DNA of 64,000 nucleotides, taken from Nemertoderma westbladi (Eukaryota; Animalia; Xenacoelomorpha). Positions 23,866-33,200 of this stretch are shown piece by piece. The position numbers were made by a program, and so were the translations under genes. The stretch is taken from assembly GCA_032718475.1 (NCBI GenBank), contig JAUCBJ010007057.1, forward strand, positions 1 through 64,000. The letters run 5' to 3'. A model generated the notes under the pieces. It ran no database searches, was not told where the DNA came from, and saw only the letters and a program-made list of their open reading frames with translations. Position 1 is the first letter of the stretch; the number at the start of each line of letters is the position of its first letter.

Positions 23866-25043
23866 TGTAAAGGCTTTTGCGTAATTAGCCGGTTATTTTC
23901 CCCGTAAAGTACTCTGTAGTTGGTTTAGCAGGCATAAAAGGCCGTGTCCTTACTGTACTGTTGTTTTAGAGGACATAAAAGCCATTTCTTCTGTATGTGT
24001 ACTTTAACGGACATGATTAGCAATTTTATGACGCAATGCGCCAAATCCTCTGTAAACAGTGTAGCTACCATGACGACGGCGAACAGCTGATGCTGTACAC
24101 GTGTAGATTTTCTTTGTTCTCTGTGCCTTCTTTGTTCGGTCGACCAATCAGAGCGTTTTTGCCTCTGTGTTGGAGATATATACAAACTCGTGGAGTTGAG
24201 TCAGTATGTGATTTTGTCCACAGCCTACAACACCGGCGTGGAACCTCCGTGTTTCAGTCTTTAGTCCAACATTAGTAGGCTTAATTATAGAACGTATATC
24301 CGTTATCATACCATACCTCACTCACTTAACATATCTCATACCAATTCTGCATTCATAACCATTCATACCTTAAACTTTGTACTGCTATTTACTGTCGGTT
24401 ATTCATTATATTTGTTGATGGAATATTATATTTGGAATACTGATAAACAATCAGACACCCCAATCTTCTTGATATACTAAAGGTTAGAGAGACCGGATAC
24501 ATATAACGATTGCGACTTACATTAAGTGGTTTGAAGTGAATCTAATGCTATTTTATAGGCCCTACACGTATTGTCTGTTGTTCTCCTTATATGTGACTAA
24601 AATTATTGAAGGTCGGCAGATTAGTGTGCAGCATTGTGCAGTATTGTGTATGATCGTGATTGATAACGAAGCATCTCCTAAAGAATGTGCCATATACGTG
24701 AATCTATAGCCATCCCGTTGTGTCTAGTTTAAGTCATAACTCTGTTTATATATTTAGAGCGCCACGTCCTAAAGGAACTGTTAATATTTCCCGAAAGTGA
24801 ATAATATTTGTCAGAGATTATATATATTACGATCAGTCGAATAATACAGTAGGCCTACCCCGCAATACGGTTAGGCTCCCGAATCCAGTCTCCCGGGTAT
24901 ATCCAGCGGGTGAATGATCGCGCATAGACTGGTTTCGGCTAATGTAGTGTATCAAATACTTGTCATAGGCTAAAGACTATCTATCATCTAAAAGACATCC
25001 AAATTTGGCAGGTTAAACTGCTAAAGGTCTGAAAGCGCAAACA
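23866..25043 (+). repeat. 5' LTR of copy B (1178 bp)
   Basis: Direct repeat of 39648-40832 with scattered substitutions and small indels. Confidence 0.96.
24144..24205 (+). promoter_or_regulatory. Putative LTR core promoter (CCAAT box, TATA-like TATATA, Inr-like TCAGT)
   Basis: CCAATCAG at 24144 is conserved in the LTRs of A, B and C. TATATA at 24177 and TCAGT at 24201. The start site is inferred only. Confidence 0.45.
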
Positions 25044-25064
25044 ATAACGGATATAGCTTCTGTA
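25044..25064 (+). other. Non-canonical primer-binding-site position, complementary to LTR 24286-24306
   Basis: ATAACGGATATAGCTTCTGTA versus TATAGAACGTATATCCGTTAT gives 12 contiguous Watson-Crick pairs adjacent to the LTR, 18/21 overall plus one G-U. No TGG start. Confidence 0.65.
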
Positions 25065-25322
25065 TTGCAGTAGGCAATAAAGCTGAAGTACCGGCCAACC
25101 GGTACCCAGTAGGCCTGACTACCTAACCACCCGGACCGGTACCTACAGCAGTACAGGTACAGCAGTATTATTCGATTTTGATTATTATATACCAGTAGGT
25201 CTTAATAATTAATCGGGGACGCCTGGTTTTTATTGGGATTTTACTTAGGCCTATTTCTGTCAGTTTTATTTATTTGTAGGCTAATATTGAGCAGAAGGCG
25301 TGTAAGCCTGCTCAGATTGTAC

Positions 25323-25900
25323 AGACAATTTGTAGGCTGGACTGTTGTCTGACTGTTGTTAAGTCTGAAGAGACTGTAGTGTGTGTAGAGCATATGTCCG
25401 AAAAAGTACTAGTTAGGAAAGTAGGGGCTGCCAGTGCTGTGAGGTGAACCCCCTCGAAAGAATAAGTCGTACTACTCGGTTAGAACGCATAGTAACTAAC
25501 CATTTCGGAGTCTGCATATACTGTAGTGTATTTAGGCTTGATAGTAGTCTGTCAGCGTTTGGTCTGTACTTTGTTTGTGTAGTTTGTATGGGTAGCGTAA
25601 TATTTCTTACTTAGATAATTTGTAGGCTGGATTTTGTCTGGCTGTTGTTAGGTCTTGAGAGATTTCGGTGTGTGTAGAGTGTATGTCCGATAAAGTGCCA
25701 GTTGGGAACGTAGGGGCTTCCAGAGCTGTGAGGTAAACCCCCTCGAAAGAATAAGTCGTCCTACTAGGTTAGGACGCATACTAACTAACCATTTCGGAGT
25801 CTGCATATACCGTAGTTTGTTTGGGCTTGATAGTAGTCTGTCAGTATTTGGTCTGCATTTTGTTTGAGTAGTCTGTACGCGTAGCGTAATATTTATTATT
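25323..25900 (+). repeat. ~290-bp tandem duplication in the 5' leader
   Basis: Units start at 25323 and 25613 (AGAYAATTTGTAGGCTGGA) and stay colinear to TAGCGTAATATTT. Confidence 0.9.
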
Positions 25901-26842
25901 CAGAGTTTATGCGATTATTCGCAACATTCATTCCACAAGTTTATTCCTACAGTAATTGTGCTTGTTATATATACCGTTATAGTTAAACTAACCCCGGTAC
26001 TACATCAGGGCTGCTTGGCGTAGGTAAAGACTGGAGATTTTATGATTTGGTCACTCCGGCAGATACCGTGGTTCTTTTATCTGTTCAAGTATTTTTAACT
26101 ACTGATTATTTGTTGTATAAGTACTTGTACCTAATTTAGGGTTTAGTGTACAGTGCTTTCCGAAGGTGATTAGTGTGTAGGCAGTATATTTGTGTTGTAA
26201 AGTGGTTAATAGGCACATTGGTTCTGGTAGACCGCGGTAATTAACTTCTAGGTAGGAACACTCCGTGATACATAATGTAGTACTTATAGCGATACGGCTA
26301 TAAGTCGTCAGACGGTGGTATTTTCCTATCTGGACAACGCAGTATATTTACTACTACTTATTATTTTCAAATACCGTAGTACCCTGTCCTTTGTAATAAC
26401 CAGATATTCTAACCCTTTGTTAGGCTGGTTAGAAGACTTCTTGTAAAATTACCCTAAAAATTCGTACTTGTAAATTTTGTGTTTATTTAGAGATTGTAAT
26501 CTCAACCCGGATTGTACGTAATTTGTAGTATTAAGTAACTTAGGTAAATTAGAATTATTTGTTTTAGTGTCCAACAAGTAGCACTCCACTGAGAGCGCAC
26601 AGCTTCTGTGTAGTGACTCCCCCCAGAAATAATAACATTTATTTCAAATATTGACAAAACCCATTAAACGGGTATATATATATTATAAATCAACTCAAAG
26701 ATTTATAAATAGTAGGCCTGCCATACAACAATTAGGTCTAAATATCAGTTGGACTACTGCTTAAATAACGGTAATAAAGTAAGTTAAAGTAACCAAGTAA
26801 CCCCTGAAATTTCAGAAATTCAGTTATTCTAAAATAACTGAC

Positions 26843-27090
26843 ATACCGGTATTAACGATAGGCCTATTATATATTTATAAATTTAGGCTGAAATTATACC
26901 GGTATTCTGTAATCAATTCTAGTCTGTAATTATACTTATATATATACTATAAGTGTAAGCTGTATACCGGTATTCACGATAGGCCTATTATATATTTATA
27001 TATACTTGTGCTGGAATTACATACCGGTATTCTGTGACAAACCTAGTCTGTAATAATACTTATATATACTATAAGCATACCGGTATTCTA
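26843..27090 (+). repeat. ~120-bp imperfect tandem repeat with five TACCGGTA palindromes upstream of gag
   Basis: TACCGGTA at 26844, 26897, 26965, 27022 and 27078. The same set is present in copy C at ~62960-63200. Confidence 0.8.
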
Positions 27091-27222
27091 ATATATTATA
27101 TATATATCACGCTACACTGAGTAGCAGTATCGGTAATTAATTACTAGGCTAACAGTGATACTGAATTACTAGACTTGCTTAAACTGTAATATAGCAGTAG
27201 GCATTCAACTGTACAAACGAAC

Positions 27223-30200
27223 ATGTCTGACACAAAGCAAAACCTGTCAGACAGTCTCTTAGATACAACCATCTGTGACCCAGACAGGAGTGTGGAACGT
27301 GTTAGACCGAAGTTCAACTCACCTCCTACTGTAAGAAAGATCATTCCCCCAGTAGTAATATCAGAACCTAGGCTGGTCCAACACCGTTGGTCTGTCATAG
27401 GCACTAGAGCTCAGGTCAAGCGGGACCAAGAAGCAGCGGAACCGCAACAACCCGCGAGCCAAGAACTTATTTCTCAATGGCCCGACAGCTCCAGTAGTGC
27501 GGATACTGTAGAGCTGACACCCGAGCACGGAGCAAAGATGATAGATGCGGTTTATTCGGACCCCCTTCTCATCCTTCCTGCAGCCATACTCACTAGGTTA
27601 TTGATTGCGGTGGAAGAACACCAGATCGATTGGGCGAGAAATAAGCGATCGACCAAAGATAGTTATGCGGGATATACAAGGGAAGAACTGAAGTCTATTG
27701 TCGAGTCGCAATGGAACTTCCCCGGACCCGGACTCCCGTTTGACTTATCGGAAGCTGCCTGGGAAGACATACACAGGATGGGAGTGACAAAGGAAACCAG
27801 CGATCCAGCTGTGTGGAAGAGGTCAGCAGCCGGATACACACAGGGATTCTTCAGCTCCATGGAGCGATTAAAAGAACAACTGTTTCAACAACCCCAAGGA
27901 CCTCAAGAGCAGGGACAGCTGCTTTATCAAGTTAGAGAAAGAATTCTACGAATCAGGCTAATCTTATCGGCCTTTGAGGAGGCTTCTAAAAGAAGACAAG
28001 ACACGTCGTTGCAAGTTGCCGTAAAGACTTGGTTTCAACGGGTGAGTCTCCAGGTTCAAGGAACGGCTCAGTGGAAAGCTCAGCTGGAGGAGCGCTCAAC
28101 CCATGGAGAATCAACAGACGCTACTTTTTCCCAAGTGGAAAGTGAAGCGACGGCAGAGAAACCGCATAAGAGGGATGCCATTGACATCTATCTGTCAGAC
28201 TATCAACGTTCTTTAGGTGATGAAGAGTTCAGGAGAAGGCTGGATGGACTTAGCCCTAATAGTGAAGGAACCCAGCGTGTGTTGGACGCCATCGATGTGG
28301 ATATGAGAGCTGCGAACCAAGCTAAATTTGATGAACAACTCCGCATCGCTAGAGTCCAAGAAGAACAAGTAAAGAAAAAACGTATAGATGACAGAAAGAT
28401 AGCAGCAGCGGCAGCAGCAGAAGCAGAAGCAGAAAGAAAGGCGGCAGAAGCAGCGGCAGAGGCAAAGGCGGCAGCGGCAGAGGCAAAAGCGGCAGAGGCA
28501 AAGGCGGCAGCGGCAGAGGCAAAAGCGGCAGCAGCGGCAGAAGCGGAAAGAAAGATAGCGGTGGCAGAAGCAGAACGGAGAGCGGCTGAAGAGATCGCCC
28601 AACTAGAGTTGGAAAATCTTCAAGAGAGGCAAGATAATTTTAATAAACAGTTAACACCTAGTAATATGCAGATGATGAGTCGATCTACTCCCAAAAGACA
28701 AGGTTATACATCATCTGAGGAAGGCAATACCACCGATCATGAAGGCGGAGGAAATAGATCTCGTCTAAGCAGACGTAGAAGAATATCCCACCGCCAGAAA
28801 CTGCCTGATTTGCCCCCAGCTGTTAGAAAACAACTAAATAACACAAACTTAGGTAGTACAGAACCCACAGACCAAATAATTGAAATAGAAAGACTCCCTA
28901 CTATAGTAGATGAGCCTGAAATAATTAGGCCTGTTCCCGAAGCCACCCCTTCGGTGATAGAGACACCTGTACTCCCTGAACCTACCTCTAAATTCCCTCT
29001 GCACAGCACTAAGCTATCTGTGCCACACAGAACCACCCTTGAAAATGTTCATGTCCTGGACTCCGAGGGAAATATTAATGATTTGTCGCCCGTTGTCCCT
29101 CGTCGGCCCGCTACAACGTTGGCGGCTCCTGCTTCGGTGGTCGAGTGGGTGGATGAGGGACGATGGGGGATGGATCTCCTGCTCGGGCAGATGCAGGAGA
29201 CTGTTCAGCAATTCAAGGGCACAGTAAGGGAAAGTAGGTTAGAGTTGCAAGAAGTGCAGCAAAGAATCGCGCTAGAACATGATAAATTAGTAAATACACA
29301 AAAGGGTATACCACCACCCCCTGTAACAATGTGTCAACCTGTTAGGTCTGAAGTGTTTCATGCGCAAGGTGTGGAGCCTACACGCATATATACTGCTAGC
29401 GAAGTAGAAACTCCTATAGTGAACCCTATTAAGGGTAATTATAGACCTGTTGATAATGATATTCCCTATAGACCTGATCATAATCCGAGAAATTTATATA
29501 CCGATAACTCGATATTGAATAACACGATGGCCCAAGAAAGTTTTACGCGTCAAATGGCTAGAACTGAAGCACGTCAAGCGGTAAAGGTTGGAGAGATCGT
29601 CAAGTTCAATGGAGATGAGATGAAATGGTTACCTTTTAATGAATATTATAAAGATAACATACAGAAATCTGTACTATCTAATGGAGAGAAACTTAGATTC
29701 CTCATCGAGTGCTTGGAAGGATCTCCCAAGTTAATGGCGTTAAAGTTTATTGGACATCCAGACGGATTAAGACAAGTTTGGGATACACTAAACATCAGGT
29801 ATGGTAATAGGAATAACATAGCTAAATATTTGTATGCAAAATTAGTAGCGCCCCGAAAGTTCATTAGCAGCGGGATAATAGAGTTTTCCGATGAGATTCA
29901 AGAGATCTGTAGACAATTAGATTGGTTAGGTAAGTCTCATGAATATCAGAGTTCTATGGTTATTGGAGCTGTGGCTTCTACTTTACCGAAGGGTGGAGTA
30001 GGTACACGCTGGGATAAGAAAGTGTTATATATGATGGAACAACAACGACGAGACCCTACCATGGCTGATCTCATGTCATTCCTAGATGGAGAAGTGCTAT
30101 TACAGCTCCTAAAACAGTCCAGAGAGAAGACACCGGAAAACAAGGTAAGTGAGAAACCCGTCTCTAGGAGAAAGGTAACACCAGTGTGTTATACAGATGA

Positions 30201-33200
30201 CGGCGAAAGCCAGACTTCTCAAGGAGAGGATAGCGGGAAAGACACTGAAAGATCTTATTATGTCAATAAAACGCCTAAAGAACAGGTAAGTAAATTCAAG
30301 TCTCGAACCAATGACAGGAGAGAACAGGTAAGAAAAACTCCTCCTACGTCTCCCAAGAGAATTCAGGTGAGAAAGCCCGAAGAAAGAATGAGTGTGCACA
30401 ATGTTATTCAAAATAAAGTAAGTAACATCAAACCGAAATGTGCGTTATGTGACGGGACCCACCGTTTGAATATGTGTGATGAATTCCTGAAGAAATCATT
30501 AACGGAGAGACGAGAAGTCATGTGGGATAAGCGGTTGTGTTATAATTGCCTCAGACAAGGACACCAACGGCGAACCTGTTACTCCGACACAAGGTGTGCA
30601 AAGTGCGGTGCGAAACATCATATCTTGTTGCACACTGAATTTGAGCGAAACAGCCAGAGTCAGGTAAGTGATTCCGAACTACATGTCCAATTCAGTGATG
30701 TGAACGACACTGACCAAAGTTCTGAGATGGAAGGATTCTATACAGATGAATTCTCCGACGAAGGTGAATCCTGTTACATGATAAATACCGCAGTGTATCG
30801 AGCACTTACGTATGAAAAACACACAGACAGCGACCTCACCCTCACTACTTCTGATCGACAACCATCTTGGAAAGCGCCACCTTCCAATGTAGGAATCCGA
30901 GAATTTCCTGTAGTACAGGTAAGGGTCCACGGACCTAAAAGGAGTTATGTAGTGAACGCCCTCCTTGACTCCGGTAGTACAGGAACATTCATCGACAAAG
31001 AACTAGCCGAAGACATCTTTGCTGGACAACCCAAGTTCCGAACTAAGCTAAACATGTCAGGAATTATGCAGGTTTGGAAATCTACAGTAATCGCGGATTA
31101 TTATGTAGGTGCGTTGTCCACCCCCCAGGATGAACTAGGAGAACATAGTATAAGGTCAGTAAAAAGGGTGGCGATAAAGAACTTCGCTACCACCCAAGTG
31201 GAACCTTATAACTGGGATGAGGACGATTTCACCCAGCAGCTGGAAATACCTAGATTCAACACCGATTACCCTGGAGTGCAAATACTCATCGGTCAAAACG
31301 CGCATGAAGCGCTCGAGACATTGGAGAAACGGCCCGCTCAACCGCAACCACTACAAGCTTATGCGGGAAGAACTAGAGTGGGTTGGTACTTTACTGGCCC
31401 TTCCCGTAGAACTCTCATGGAAAGATTACCGAAAGACCAGGTATGTCAAGTGAGAGAATGGGAAGTCGAGGGCAGTGAGTTAGATGATCTAACTGAGGGA
31501 ACACCATACTCCTCAGATAATGACGATGTCCACCAACTTTTCGATGAGAAGAATACCATTGATCTCCTTAAGGAAAACGAGACTTGGCAAAACCAAGTGA
31601 ACTTATGTCAGCTCCTTCTTCCATCAGAACGAGACGACTATAACGACGAACTTAATGACGTCATTGAACGTTATAATGCCAAGACTCGGGATGAACATGC
31701 CGTACGATTCTTTACTCAAGAGGCTGTAGAGCCCAATTCCTACGATAAGGCCCTATCGGTAGAGGAAGAAAGAGCCAAGCAGATCCAAGAGACAACTACA
31801 CGTTTTCTTAAAGATCAAGGTAGATATGAGATTGGTCTACCTTTCCGAAAGCGAGAACCAAAGTTCGTAAACAACAGACCCTTGGCGGAGAAAAGAATTG
31901 CTCAACTACATCGACGCCTTACGGCAAATTCTTCAGCTAAAGAAATGTATCAAACGCAGTTGAAGAAATTTATTAGCAAGGGATATGCGGAGCTAGTACC
32001 GGAAGAAACACCTATAACTGAGAGAACGTATTATTTAACTCACCATCATGTTCCCAAACCCGGTAAACCCCATGAAGTACGAGTGGTGTTTGACGGCTCC
32101 GCCCTCTATATGGGCCAATCCCTTAATTCTGAATTGTTACCCGGACCCAACTTACTCCAATCCTTGTTGGGAATACTCTTAAGATTAAGACAATATTCAA
32201 TTGCTTTCGCCTCAGATATAGAAGGCATGTTCTTACAAGTCAAGGCGCTGGATAGGGATCGAGATAGCCTACGATTTCTGTGGTGGCCTGAAGGAGACCT
32301 CAACCAGAAACCGGTGGAGTACTGGATGACCATCCAGGCTTTTGGGATAATCTCAAGCCCTTCAAACGCCTGTTCAGTGGTGCGCACCACTGCGGATGAC
32401 AACCGAGACGCCTTCTCTAAAGAGGTGATTGACAACATCAAGCGGGATATATACATGGACGACAATCTAAAGTCCCTTCCATCAGTCGAAGAAGCTATCG
32501 ATGTCGCTAAAGGAACGGTAGAGTGCTTAAAAAGAGGTGGATTTCGATTAACTAAATTCACCATTTCACACACCAATTCGATCCCGGTAGAAGATCGAGG
32601 AGCGAAAGACCTGGATCTAATAAAAGACGATCTCCCAGAAACTAAGACCCTTGGTTTGAAATGGGACACCGAAAGAGATATCCTGTTTTTCCAACTAAAA
32701 CAGCGAGATAATCCAGTTCGGACTAAATGGATTTGTTTAAGTATCCTGAGCACTTATTTCGATCCATTAGGATTTATTAGCCCAGTTATATTGATTGCTC
32801 GGAGTTTAGTACAACAAATGTGGCTTGAAAACCACTCATGGGACGATCCACTTAAGGGAGAATTGTTAAAGAAGTGGATGAAATGGGAAGATTCTCTACC
32901 AGCCATCGAGAACTTTATAATTTCCCGTTCATATTTTGGTCATGTTCTCCCTACGTATTCCTATCAACTCCATGTGTTTGGAGACGCCAGCGATATGGGA
33001 ATAGGTATAGTAGCCTACCTAAGGGTGGAAACTCCGGACAGAATCAAAGTCGCCTTGGTTACCTCTAAGGCACTGATAAACAACAAGTTGAAAGTTCCTC
33101 GAGCGGAGTTAAAGGCGGCGCTATACGCTACAGCCATCGGCCGGAATGTAACAGAACAGATCGACTATCCACTGGAGAAAACTGTCTATTGGACCGACGC

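Noticed and set aside
32106-32753. Antisense ORF over RT, also seen in copy C (57289-57894)
   Set aside because: Shadow ORF opposite a conserved coding frame, with different end points in the two copies and no independent motif.
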